Virus record (IMG/VR): IMGVR_UViG_3300026549_000074
Span: 6,500 to 70,499 of that record
DNA length: 64,000 nucleotides
Source: a virus
Taxonomy: Duplodnaviria > Caudoviricetes
Strand: one strand, 5' to 3'
Part shown: piece by piece, positions 1 through 11,600 of the stretch
Numbering within the stretch: position 1 is the first letter of the stretch
Layout: each line of letters begins with the position of its first letter
Translations under genes and position numbers: made by a program
Notes under the pieces: model-generated
The model's input: the letters and a program-made list of their open reading frames with translations, nothing else
Told to the model about the DNA's origin: nothing
The model's database searches: none

Positions 1-203
1 ACTTAGCTGGAAGAATTAGTTTACTGGCTGATGAATTAGCTAAGGCTGTAAAGGAGAATAAGGGAGAGATTGATAATGTACCTCTTAATATCCTTGAGCA
101 TCAGCTTAGAGTAATGGGTGAATACAATAAGGATCTTGTACTCAGGATTGGTATTCATACTATTGTGGAGAATGATAAGAATGGATCCAGTAAATCATCC
201 TGA
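1..203 (+). CDS. 5'-truncated phage hypothetical protein (crAss001_48-like)
   Basis: Frame 3 is open from the window edge to TGA at 201-203. It reads ...PLNILEHQLRVMGEYNKDLVLRIG..., resembling the L-x-x-Q-L-x-x-M-x-x-Y-x-x-x-L-x-x-R-I pattern of a common phage family (from memory). Confidence 0.55.
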   Translation, partial: LAGRISLLADELAKAVKENKGEIDNVPLNILEHQLRVMGEYNKDLVLRIGIHTIVENDKNGSSKSS

Positions 204-561
204 GCACTATGCTAAGGCTTCCGTAACTGTTAATCTTGAACCAATACAGTTATGTGAGTGTTATGATTTCTGTCTTGGTAATGCCATTAAGTATATTCTT
301 AGAGCACCTTATAAGGGTAATACCTTACAGGATATGAAGAAAGCCAAATGGTATTTAGAGAGAGAACTTAATACTCATCATATGTGGAATGATTACAAAT
401 CTAGTAAGTTAGATACAATTTTATTTAATGCATTTTGTACTAATAATAAGTTTATCAATACGCTTATAGATAAAGAGACTGGAGTTATTAATTGTAATTC
501 CATTAAATGTACTCTTCGGGATATTAATATTTTTATCTCTGAATTAGAATGTGGTGTATAA
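181..561 (+). CDS. DUF3310 family phage protein
   Basis: MDPVNHPEHY...CLGNAIKYILRAPYKG...QDMKKAKWYL signature. True start is probably ATG 181 rather than the track's 118. Confidence 0.85.
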   Translation: MDPVNHPEHYAKASVTVNLEPIQLCECYDFCLGNAIKYILRAPYKGNTLQDMKKAKWYLERELNTHHMWNDYKSSKLDTILFNAFCTNNKFINTLIDKETGVINCNSIKCTLRDINIFISELECGV

Positions 562-613
562 TGAATTTGTAACCATAGTTGTATCTCCTTAGTTAGTAGT
601 TAGTTGTTGTATC

Positions 614-638
614 AGGGCATTCTTATGAATGCCTTTTT
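614..638 (+). terminator. Rho-independent terminator-like hairpin
   Basis: AGGGCATTC-TTAT-GAATGCCTT followed by T run, just before the tRNA cluster. Confidence 0.6.
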
Positions 639-723
639 GCGAGTGTGGTGGAATAGGTAGACACAGGAGACTTAAAATCTCCCGGAGTAATCCGTAAGAG
701 TTCGATTCTCTTCATTCGCACCA
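639..723 (+). tRNA. tRNA-Leu(TAA)
   Basis: Acceptor GCGAGTG/CATTCGC, anticodon arm GGAGA-CTTAAAA-TCTCC, long variable arm, TTCGATT T-loop, encoded CCA. Confidence 0.92.
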
Positions 724-728
724 ATTTT

Positions 729-803
729 AGGAGCATAGCCAAATGGTAAGGCAGTGGGTTTTGATCCCATAATCTTCAGGTTCGAATCCTGATGCTCCTG
801 CCA
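729..803 (+). tRNA. tRNA-Gln(TTG)
   Basis: AGGAGCA/TGCTCCT acceptor, GTGGG-TTTTGAT-CCCAT anticodon arm, TTCGAAT, CCA. Confidence 0.92.
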
Positions 804-816
804 ATTTATTTATTAT

Positions 817-893
817 GGGGCGATAGTTCAGCTGGTTAGAACGCCTGCTTGTCACGCAGGAGGTCGTGGGTTCGATACCCATTCGTCCCGCCA
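817..893 (+). tRNA. tRNA-Asp(GTC)
   Basis: GGGGCGA/TCGTCCC acceptor, CCTGC-TTGTCAC-GCAGG anticodon arm, CCA. Confidence 0.93.
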
Positions 894-898
894 TTTTA

Positions 899-973
899 GG
901 GAACTTGGTGTAATGGCTAGCACAAATGATTCCAAATCATTTTGTAGAGGTTCGAATCCTTTAGTTCCTGCCA
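899..973 (+). tRNA. tRNA-Trp(CCA)
   Basis: GGGAACT/AGTTCCT acceptor, AATGA-TTCCAAA-TCATT anticodon arm, TTCGAAT, CCA. Confidence 0.9.
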
Positions 974-977
974 TTAT

Positions 978-1079
978 GGACATGTGGCTGAGTGGCTTAA
1001 GGCAAACTGCAAATGCAGTTGTGTTGAGACGGATTGGAAATCCGTAAATCCACCGGGGGTTCGAATCCTCTCATGTCCA
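978..1079 (+). ncRNA. Atypical tRNA-Ser-like RNA with an extra arm
   Basis: Acceptor GGACATG/CATGTCC, Ser-like D arm (GCTGAGTGGCTTAAGGC) and T arm (GGGGG-TTCGAAT-CCTCT). Two internal hairpins: AACTG-CAAATG-CAGTT and ACGGA-TTGGAAA-TCCGT. No encoded CCA. Confidence 0.6.
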
Positions 1080-1089
1080 ACCTATTTAT

Positions 1090-1164
1090 GCTGTTATAGC
1101 TCAATGGTAGAGCAGCTGCCTTGTAAGCAGTTGGTTGTAGGTTCAAATCCTTCTGACAGCACCA
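1090..1164 (+). tRNA. tRNA-Thr(TGT)
   Basis: GCTGTTA/TGACAGC acceptor, GCTGC-CTTGTAA-GCAGT anticodon arm, CCA. Confidence 0.92.
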
Positions 1165-1169
1165 TTTAT

Positions 1170-1246
1170 GGCCCATTAGCTCAGAAGGTCAGAGCAAACG
1201 ACTCATAATCGTCGGGTCCTTGGTTCAAGTCCAAGATGGGCCACCA
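1170..1246 (+). tRNA. tRNA-Ile2(CAT) (lysidine type)
   Basis: GGCCCAT/ATGGGCC acceptor, CGA-CTCATAA-TCG anticodon arm. The body closely resembles enterobacterial ileX rather than Met tRNAs. CCA encoded. Confidence 0.85.
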
Positions 1247-1250
1247 ATTA

Positions 1251-1326
1251 GAATCCTTAGCTCAGTTGGTAGAGCAGTAGACTTTTAATCTATTGGTCAT
1301 GGGTTCGAATCCCATAGGGTTCACCA
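1251..1326 (+). tRNA. tRNA-Lys(TTT)
   Basis: GAATCCT/AGGGTTC acceptor, GTAGA-CTTTTAA-TCTAT anticodon arm, CCA. Confidence 0.92.
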
Positions 1327-1330
1327 TTTA

Positions 1331-1405
1331 GAATCCTTAGTCTAATGGTTAGGACATTGCCCTTTCACGGCAACAATACGGGTTCAAATCCCGTAGGATT
1401 CACCA
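1331..1405 (+). tRNA. tRNA-Glu(TTC)
   Basis: GAATCCT/AGGATTC acceptor, TTGCC-CTTTCAC-GGCAA anticodon arm, CCA. Confidence 0.9.
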
Positions 1406-1420
1406 ATTCATGGAGGAATA

Positions 1421-1654
1421 ATGTTTAATCCTGATAAAGCATTCGAGGATGAAGATCTAGATAATACTATCTGGCAATGTGAAAAGAAAGCCAAGATGTT
1501 AAAAGATGGTACAGAAGTATTCAGAACAGGATATCTTAATTATTATAAAATTACATTCTGGCTTAAACAGCTAAGGGATTATAGAAACCAAGATATCAAG
1601 AGGAAAGCTATTGGCAGGGTAAGAACTCTTGATGAAATGATTGAGGCTGTATGA
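1421..1654 (+). CDS. Hypothetical protein (77 aa)
   Basis: GGAGG RBS before the ATG; ATGA overlap with nrdG. Confidence 0.7.
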   Translation: MFNPDKAFEDEDLDNTIWQCEKKAKMLKDGTEVFRTGYLNYYKITFWLKQLRDYRNQDIKRKAIGRVRTLDEMIEAV

Positions 1655-2124
1655 ATTATTTTAAGTATATTCCTTTTGATGTAATTAACGGTCCTGGTAT
1701 CAGATGTACTCTGTTTGTATCAGGATGTTCTATTCATTGCCCTGATTGTTTTAATAAAGCTACATGGACATATGATGCTGGATATCCTTTTACTGATATA
1801 GAAGAGAATCATATTATCAGGGATTTACAGGATACCAGAGTAAACAGGAAAGGATTTAGTATCCTTGGAGGTGAACCTCTGGATCCAAGGAATGTAGAAG
1901 CAGTTAATAAATTGCTTAAGAATATCAGATCTAATACTACTAAAGATATCTGGTTATGGACTGGATATAAGCTTAAAGATCTCAATCCAATTCAGTTGGA
2001 AACAGTAAAGTTATGTGATACTGTAATAGATGGACCTTTCATAAAAGAATTAAAGGATATTAATCTTTGGTGGAGAGGTTCTTCTAATCAGGAAATAATT
2101 AATGTTAAGGATACACCTATATGA
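1651..2124 (+). CDS. nrdG: Anaerobic ribonucleotide reductase activating protein (radical SAM)
   Basis: DVINGPGIRCTLFVSGCSIHCPDCFN (CxxxCxxC), GFSILGGEPL, IWLWTGY, DTVIDGPF, WRGSSNQ. Confidence 0.95.
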   Translation: MNYFKYIPFDVINGPGIRCTLFVSGCSIHCPDCFNKATWTYDAGYPFTDIEENHIIRDLQDTRVNRKGFSILGGEPLDPRNVEAVNKLLKNIRSNTTKDIWLWTGYKLKDLNPIQLETVKLCDTVIDGPFIKELKDINLWWRGSSNQEIINVKDTPI

Positions 2125-2636
2125 GTACAACTGATGAATGTGGCAATGTAATCAAGGATAGTACTGAGGATAATACTCAGGGTTATGTAAATGATAATAA
2201 AGGTTACTTTACATTACATAAGGACTATCTTGATGATATTGTTACTATGTGGATGAATGGTCTTAGAGCAGTAAGCATTAACAATACTACCAAGACTATT
2301 ACTTATGTATTTCTTAAAAATAAAGAGAAACCAAGTGAAGGTGTATTAAAGTTTACTTGGGATTTAGATCCAAATAAGATGTCTACTGAGACTGATGAGG
2401 ATATTAAGACTAACAGTCAATGGGATACTTCTATAGACTGGACTGATATTAAGACAGCAATCAAATCCAAAACTATAGATGACCAGTACTTCTGGACTGG
2501 TAATTCTAAGACTCCTATTGTGAAATATGATACCAGTATTCAAGGGTTATATTTCTATACTAGGGATGAGTTTAACAGACTGTCTTATAATAATCGTAAA
2601 GCCAAGTATGAATCTTGGTTCAATTCACTGGGGTAA
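2121..2636 (+). CDS. Hypothetical protein (171 aa)
   Basis: Open frame with ATGA overlap to nrdG; no recognised motif. Confidence 0.7.
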   Translation: MSTTDECGNVIKDSTEDNTQGYVNDNKGYFTLHKDYLDDIVTMWMNGLRAVSINNTTKTITYVFLKNKEKPSEGVLKFTWDLDPNKMSTETDEDIKTNSQWDTSIDWTDIKTAIKSKTIDDQYFWTGNSKTPIVKYDTSIQGLYFYTRDEFNRLSYNNRKAKYESWFNSLG

Positions 2637-2656
2637 TTTTCTTTCTTTTCTAAATA

Positions 2657-2686
2657 ATACCCCTGTTCAATTAAGAACAGGGGTAT
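2657..2686. terminator. Bidirectional terminator between convergent blocks
   Basis: ATACCCCTGTTC-AATTAA-GAACAGGGGTAT, a perfect 12-bp stem between convergent genes. Confidence 0.8.
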
Positions 2687-2692
2687 CCTTTC

Positions 2693-5600
2693 TTAATTAA
2701 GTCCCATATTTACTAAACTCATAGTAGGGATATTATCAAGATTATCTAATGCACCATCACCTGGTAATTTAATTCTTCTAGCAATAGCATCAGAACTAAT
2801 CATACTATCAAATATAGTAGGAAGTTTACCACCAATAACAGCACCTAATAATCCTGCATACCCTAAAGAACCAAGCATTGATAAAGCATGATTCTTAAAG
2901 CCATTCCATATAGTTTTTTGAATTCCAATGAAATATCTACTGAAACAGAAGATACCCATTCTATCAAGATAATCTATAAGCTGAGGTTCAGGAATATTGT
3001 AATTAATGAATAAATCATCAGCTTTCTTTATAAACTCATTCATGTCTAATTCCTTGCCATCTTTCTGAGCTTGATCCTGCATATGCTTATAAAGAGCATA
3101 TCTGGCTGCAAAATCATTGGAAGTAGCAATTTCCATAGATAAGTTATAAAGATTAGATCCTTTAACTGAAAATATATTCTTAACTCTTGGATCATTAACT
3201 ATAGAAGTTATAGGTGATATACCAATACTTTCAGCTACTCTTACTGATAAAGGTTTCTGATAATCAGTAGTAAATGCAGCTGTAGCATTATATAAACCAG
3301 CCTTAAACAGATCTATAGCAGGATTAGCAGCTATTGTTCTTACAATCTGTTCCCTATAAGCATTAAGTTTATTAAACTTAGCCTGATACTGAGGATCCTT
3401 CTTATCTAATGACATAATGTCATAATTATTAATCTGTTGTTGTTTAAGCCAATATCTATATTCCTCTATTGCTTTTCTACCATCATTCATATAACGAACT
3501 GCATCTTTTACAGTTAAACCACCTAATGAATGAAGTACAGAAAGATTAGAATAAACATTAATTAAAGAAGGTTTAAGCATCTTAACTACAATCATATTTT
3601 TATTGAATTGTGTTAATTTCTGCAGGAAATCTTCTATTGTTAATGACCATTTATGCCCAAGAATAAATCCAAGGGTATCTATAAAGAAATTCTCACTAGC
3701 TGATTGCATAGCTTTCTTTTCAGCCCAATTTGCAAATGAGAATCTTTCTTTACCAAATACATAATCAATATATTTAGTTTCTACAGGGAATCCCTTATTC
3801 TTTAATTCTGGATCATTCTGTATCATATTCTTAATTGTATCAGGTAAGAATTTATACATAGGATCAGATTCATCTTTAATAAACTTAAACTTTTTACCAG
3901 TCTTATTTTCCTTGTAATATTTAAGAAGTGCTTCTGCACAATTTTTATTGATTTCATCTGATTTAGCTCTTTCAGTAATCATACCTGCATAATTACCCAT
4001 AGCCATATTAATATCAGAATAATTACCACTATTCAGATAAGTTTCTTTGGTTTGTTCATTAAGCTCTACATCAATAGCAATAATCTGACCATTAGCTCCA
4101 AATCTAGGAACATAATTAGTATATTTATTAGTGCCTATCTTAACAGTACCATTACCTGCATTTATCTGGTTCAGAACCTTCTGGAACATTTCAGCCTGAT
4201 CATCAGGACTTAATCTCCCATACATAAAGTCTTCACCATAGATATTAAGCTGGTTATTCTTACCATGAACAAAATTTCTAGCTGCTTTAGAGAATAAACC
4301 CGGAGTATCAGGTACATAATTATGGTGAGCTACATTAATCCAAACCATCTTATGACCATTGATATTTTCTACAGGTATATCTTTAATTCTGTTATATCCA
4401 ATAGCAGTCCATCTGGATAAATCTTCAAGAGCTACTAATCTTACCTTCTTATCAGAATCAGAGCTAGGGAACAGCAGACTCTTAGGTACATTTCTTATAG
4501 CCATTTCATGGCTATCCCATACATTACTGGATTCAGATCTTCTTAATGCTAACTCTAAACCAGCTAATTTCTTAATTAACTCATCACCAGTATTACCCTC
4601 TTTAGTTTTAGCTTTAACTACTTTTTGATAAAGATCTTTAATAGAAGATTTATTATTATTAATAGAATCATCTAAAGCTTTAAGAGTTACATAATTATCA
4701 ATAACAGATACTAAATCATCACCAGTAGCTAATTCAGTATTAGGAGTACTTGTACCAAATTTAGCAGCTATCTGATAAGCATTAGCATATCTTAATCCAC
4801 CAGGATTAGATCCAGTCTTAAGGTATTCAACCATATCATTAGCTCTTGCCAACATCCAAGGATCCTTAATCTGATTTTTAAGCTTAGCTAATTCAACCTT
4901 CCTATCAGTATTCTTTGGATCAAGGAATTTAACAATATCATCAGATGAATATCTCTGAGCCAATGCACTTAAATCATATCTAAGAATAACAGTACTAAGA
5001 TCTTGTCTTATCTTAGTATCAGTAATTCCATAGCTATTAAGTAATTCATTAACTGAGTCATTTATAGATCCAATAGCTACACCCTTAGCAGAATCTAATT
5101 GATTTCTATATTTATAACCACAAAGAATATATTGTAAATTATCCTTGGTTACTCCTTTGGCTTGTTCAATAAGATCATGTACTAAACCATCTTCTTTAGA
5201 ACTAATAAGATGGAATACTTTATCAAGCACATCTTCATAAGAAGGCATAGCAGTAAGCTGTTTATCTACCTTGGATAATAAGGATGTCTTTAAGTTAGAT
5301 AACTCAGGATTAATAGTTTCTGCAAACTCATTTCTAAGCCTGGAAGCACTATTATTTCTAATAAAATTCTTTCTGGCTTCTTGCATATCCTGAGTAATAG
5401 CAATACTACTCTTAAAATATCCTAATACTTTATTAACTGCTAAATTCTTTTCATCAGCTGCATGATGGGTAAAGAAATAAATAGCCTTATTAATGAATCC
5501 AGTAGTTCTGTTTGCAACAGCTTTCTTAAACTCAGCATTAATTTTATTATTTTTACTATTTAATGCTTTAATCATAAATCTATTAGTTAAAGCATAAGCT

Positions 5601-8600
5601 AAGAATTCCTGAACAGAATCTGCATTAACATCACTGAATACATAATCATAAATACGCTGAGCTTCATCATGAGTAGCACCAGCTTTTTCAAGATCTTCAG
5701 GAGTAATTATTTTACTTGCTAAATGCCATAATCTTGTAGCTTCATCTAACTGATGAGGAGTCATTAACTTAAATAAATTATGGGAGATTTCATGCATTAT
5801 AATTTCAGATCTGCATACTCCTGCTCTAGCCATAATACCTCTATTAGCAGTAACAACAGCAGCTCTTTCCATATTATCTGGATTATTAAAATCCAGAATA
5901 GATAATGCATCATCAGCCTTAATATTATTCATATTAATGAAATGCATCTGCATATTTGTCTGTCTTAATAAATTAGCTATATTTTTAAGATAAGAGATTT
6001 CTTCTTCAGTTACATGACCATTATCAATATCCCATTGGATATCTTCCATAACTTCCTGGAACATCTGATTACCATTCTTGGCTTGATAAATATCAAGATT
6101 GTCCATTATTTGTTGAACAGGGATACCAGATTTAGATTCATTAGAGTATCTGCTCCTACTTATTTTATTATTATAATAATTCTGGGTTCTTGTATAAGCA
6201 GTCTTACCTCCTAACTTTCTACCCTCTTCTACTGCATTTCTGACTGTTTGAGTACCTAAACCAGATGTATTAAGAGGTCTGGTGTTGTAACGCTCAGCAG
6301 TTTTCTTATCTACTCTGCCAGTATATTGCTGTACTAATCTAAAGATATCATGATCTCCCATGCTCATATCGTTCTTGGTATTCATTAAATTACCAAGAGA
6401 ATTAGACATAAGGTTAATATGATTAGTACTATCTATAGCAGTACCAGCAAAATCAGCAGTTAAATGAGCTATGAGATACTGAGCATAACTTAAACGAGCA
6501 TTACCTTGTGCATTCTTTCCAGAACTCTCAAATATATTAAACCCTTTCTTAAGTACATTAAATCTATAGAATCCATTAGCATCTGCAGAATCTATAGGAG
6601 TACCATTCATATCTACTGATCCTTTACCTTTAGCTACCATTTCTGGATTAGGTAAAGAATTAGTATCTACATAGCTAAAATCTTCAAGTAATCGATTATA
6701 CTTCCATTCATATTTACCAGTGTGCTCATTACGGCGAATATACTTCATGATTTCCTGTCTGGAAGTAAGGTTTTGAGCACTTAAATTCATGAAATATATT
6801 TTGCCCTTATGAATTCCATTTAATGTTTTATTAGTATAGTTTATGGCTACAAAAGGATCATCTTTAATATCATTACGTACTTGTTCGCTATATAACTCAG
6901 ATACCCTACTAAGAGTATCTTCTCCAAGGCTTTTTACTAATTGAGCATTAAAGTATTCACCCTCAGGAAGTACTGCTTTACCATTAACTATAAATACAGG
7001 AATAATAGTAACTTCACTATTAACATTATGATCACCAAGATTGCCAAAATCTTTAGGGTTAGAATCATGATCAGCAATACCATCACCAGGTGTAAACCTA
7101 CTTCTTTGTATTAAAGATTCAGCATTACTATGAGTAAAACCAATATTAAGATCGGTATTAATAGTTGCATGTAACCACATGTGGTTAGGAATGGTGTCAT
7201 ATTTATTGCTTAAATCTCTGGAGTGAATAGCATTAACATCAGTACGGTATGTAAGACCAAATACACGTGTAGATGTATCAATGTCTTCATTCTCTACATC
7301 CTCTTCAAGTAAATTATATTGTTCATTAAGATTAAGCTTATAGATATTACTAGGGTCAATCTTATCTCTACTGGATATAGATCTCTTTAATTCTGCACCA
7401 GCAGGTCTGGAATCAGATTTATCAGCAAAAGCTATATCAAGAATATGACCTGTTGCATCTTGAGTAGGTATAGCAAATGTATCACTATTATAAGTGGATG
7501 TATTGGTAATACCTGGTTTACCCCAGAAATCAATGGAATCAATAAGATTCTGATCTACTGAATCACCTAAAGGTGCAAATACATTAACATGCAGTGAGCA
7601 TCTACTGTCAGAAACAGTAAGTTTATCAGCAATAAGAGTGTCAAGAGTTCTTAATGATCCAGTCTCTCCATGAACTACAGGAGTTTCAGGAATATAAATA
7701 ACATCTGTAATACCCTTAAGTTCAGTATCTTTTAAGGCCATTACTCTCTGATACATTAAGAAATCAGTAGTGTTATGACCCTCAATAACAATAGCTCCTT
7801 GAGCTTTACCATAAGTATCAATAATATATTTATCAATATATTTATGAATAATCTCAGTAGGAGTTTTAGCTAAACCATAAGCATCATTACTTGATTTATT
7901 TAATATATTTAAGAAACTGAAAGGTAAATCAGTTGATTTAATTAAATAAACAGATTGAGTAGTATTCTTAAGGTCTTCTAATGCTTCAATCGCAGACTTA
8001 TTAACATCTTCATTAATAGATGCTTTAGAATCTGTAATAGCAGCATTTATATAACCTAATTTAATGTCATTAAAGTTATCAGTAACAGATTTTCCAGATA
8101 ACTTATGAAGTACTGCATTAACAATATGTGCTCTGGTTATAGAACTAACCTTGCCATTGACAGAATTATACAGATCTAAGAAAACTTCACTGGTTAAGTT
8201 ATAAAGATCTGAACCAGCAAGCATATGGATACTGAATGATTCCTGTAAATAACCAGAAACAGCATTCCATAAATGTTCATTATCTTTATTATTTATATCA
8301 GAATCCCATGTATTAAATGCATGGGCAGTAGTCTTATATAACTCTGTTCTCATAGCCTCTGATATATCATCAGATTGCTTGGTTTTATCGTCTAACTTGT
8401 TATATGCTTTTTCTTGTGCATTAATAGCACCTCTTAAAGCATCAAATAAAGGACCTCTGAAATCATCATCATGCTCTCTTACTTCCTGAGTAACTTTATC
8501 AAATAATTTTTTATATCTGTCTAATAATTTTTTATTAGTTTTTTTATTCTGACCAATAGAATTAGATAAGTAATTCCATAACTCAGCAACAGAAGTATTC

Positions 8601-11600
8601 CTATCAAATAACCCATTAGCTTTTAGAGGTGTCTTAAGCTCAACTTTAACATTCTTAGTATCCTGAGATGTAGCTATAGCATTAATCATTTCTTTAGCTA
8701 AAGGATTCTGACTATATTTATTCTTCAGGCGATTAAAAATAGCATAATTAAGACCTGTATCAGTATCATCTCCTGTTACATGTTCATAACTATAAGTTAT
8801 TTGTACTGGATCGTTAGCAGTACCAGTGCCAGATACTTCATATTTAAGATGGTTTCTAGCACATAATACTTGGATCATCTTATCTACTAATTTAGGATTT
8901 TCAGCAAGATCTATAGTAGATTCAGCAGCACCAAAATATCCATTAAATTTAAGATGTTTAATATAGCCTTTTCTAACTGCTGTAAGAATTTGAATATGAT
9001 TAAAATCATACTCTATTCCATCAGCAGCTAACTTATCCCTAAATGCTTCTAAATCTTCTATAGAAGTCATGTTGCTTACACCATAATCAGTGAAAGTCTG
9101 CTGGAGTAAATCCTGAAAATGCTGATCTTTATCCTTAGCATAAGGAGACATTACCTCTGCATTATATGCTTGAATAGCATTATCTAAATTCTTAGCTAAT
9201 TCTAATCTTGCATTCTGTAAGAACATAACCTCCATATGAGCTGTATTTGCAATACCAAGAGTATTAGCAAATGAACCAGCACCTAATATCATTGCATCAA
9301 ATACATCAATAAATGCAGTCTTTGCATATATATGGGTATAGTTAGCTATACGAGCATCAAGAGTATGGTTATGAATAGGAGGTGCAGCAGATGAACCAGA
9401 CTTTATTGTACTGCCCTGACTGCTATAACTAAGACCTTTAGTCTTTTCATTTTCAGGATTAGTAGTATCTATTGGATAATATGTTGTATTTCTGGATTCA
9501 TTAATATCCTGAATAATTGAATGAATAGCAGGTATCATCTTAACCAGAAGAGCACTCTTAATAGATCCAGCTTGGAATGATCCATTGCCATCAGCAAAGG
9601 TCATATTAAGCTTATCTTCTACTCTTCTGATTATTGCATCATAATCCTCAGTAGTAAGGATATCAAGATTACCTTCTGCATAACCTTTCTTTTCACGAAC
9701 TACTTCATAGATAGCAGTAACCATCATATTCTCAGCCATAGCAGAAAGTAATCCTGCTGTCTGACCGATATATTTGGAATCTTCTCTGGATTTACCCATT
9801 ACTCTATCTGCTATCTTAGCCATAGATGATCCAACAGAACCACGGATAAATTCATAAATACCAGTATTTTCTTGCTGATTATGCCTGAAGTCTGTTGCTA
9901 CTTTTCTCATAGACCATGCCTTTTGGCATAAGTCTGCTAACCTATCAGATGATATAGGATGATTTTGAGGATCCATACCTGAATAAGTAATCTGAGATCC
10001 AACTCTTCTGGCTACAACTTTAATTACCTGATCAGGATTATAAAGTGCACCAGAAGGCTCAATTTCAAATGCAAATGTATTATTTTCTGATAAATCTAAT
10101 CCAGTAGTAACAAATGTATTGAAAGTATATGTCGATAAATCAGCTGATGCTATTTCCTTATTAAGTAATTCAAATGCTACTTCTACTACTTTACCACTTA
10201 ATGCTTTAAGGCCAGCACCATAATTATATGGAGTCATTAAATGCTTTGAGTTATCACGTGAGTAAATAAGTTCTGCTAATCTATCTGCGGCATCTAATTT
10301 ATTTAATTTTTCTACTTCTGATTTCTTTTCACCAAATAAAGAAAGTAATGCTACTATTCTATTAAAATTCTTTTCAGAATCAGGATTATCACTTCTTACA
10401 AGATTTTCCATAGCTGCTCTTAAATAATAATGGAACAGATATGTACCTCTATCACCTAATGACAGATATAGATCCAGATTAGCATCACGATTACCCAGTG
10501 CATGCCTGCGATTAACATCACTTCTTAATTGGTCAAAGTTATCAAACATGAACGTACCAGTCATGTTAAAAATCTTATATCTTGGATCAGCTGCATCAGT
10601 AGTCTCAAGCATCTCATATGCAGTAAGATAATCAAACAGACCATTACTTATACCAGGTCCTGAAGTTAAACCATCTCCTTCATGAACCATTCTGAAATAA
10701 ATATGATCAAAAGTACCATTAGTTTGATCATTTATAATCTTTTTAACCTCAGTCATATGGGCTTTATCTAATGTTACTCTGGTAGAATTGTATGCATTAG
10801 GGGATACATTATTTTGCTTTAATTGATCAAGATTCTGATCTCTATATGCTCTAAGAATTTGAGCATATTTCTTAAATATTTTAGGATTCCTTTTATATGC
10901 AGCTACTAATTCACGAAGAATAGGGATACTATTAGAATTACTAGTCCAGTCTCCACCAAGAATTCCATACCCCTTAGTAGGAATATTAGAACCTGCTTGT
11001 GAAGCATCCATAGTAGCTACTTTACATTTATTTTTGAAATACGTTTCATCTAATGCGAATTTTCCATCAGAATCAGTAGGTATTAAAGTATCTTCTTTAC
11101 CATCAAAATAATCAGAAACATGTTGAATAAATTCTTCAAATTCAGAATCTTCAAATAATGTTATTAAAGATCCAGCTAATGAGTAATCATTACCATCTTT
11201 ATCTTCATTTCTCCAATAGTTCATTCTATAAACTTTATCAGGAGATAATCCAAGATTAGCTGCCATTATAGACATCCAGCCATATACCTTGGTTTCATCT
11301 GCAAACATTTCAGCAAATGAATCTCCAAAAAGTTCAGATGCTATTACAAGATCACCATTATCATTCCTGAATAATGGTTTGAAGATACATCTATTACCTT
11401 TCTGTTCACGGTTAGTAATTATTGAACCACATGTGTATATACGATTATTAATCGTATTTCTATGATAGAAATAAACTTTATCCCATGCAGTAAGTTTAAT
11501 TTTTTTATTATCATTTCTTCTGGTTACTTCAAAAGTAAAATCAGCATCAGGTTGATTGTTATATAATTCATAAAGATCATTAAATCTAGATTGAATATCT

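Noticed and set aside
682-694. CCGGAGTAATCCG shared between the tRNA-Leu variable arm and the hairpin at 53413
   Set aside because: A short GNRA-capped hairpin; two copies are explainable by convergence, with no flanking similarity.
984-1208. 74-aa ORF from the track
   Set aside because: It lies across three tRNA/tRNA-like genes; a chance frame.
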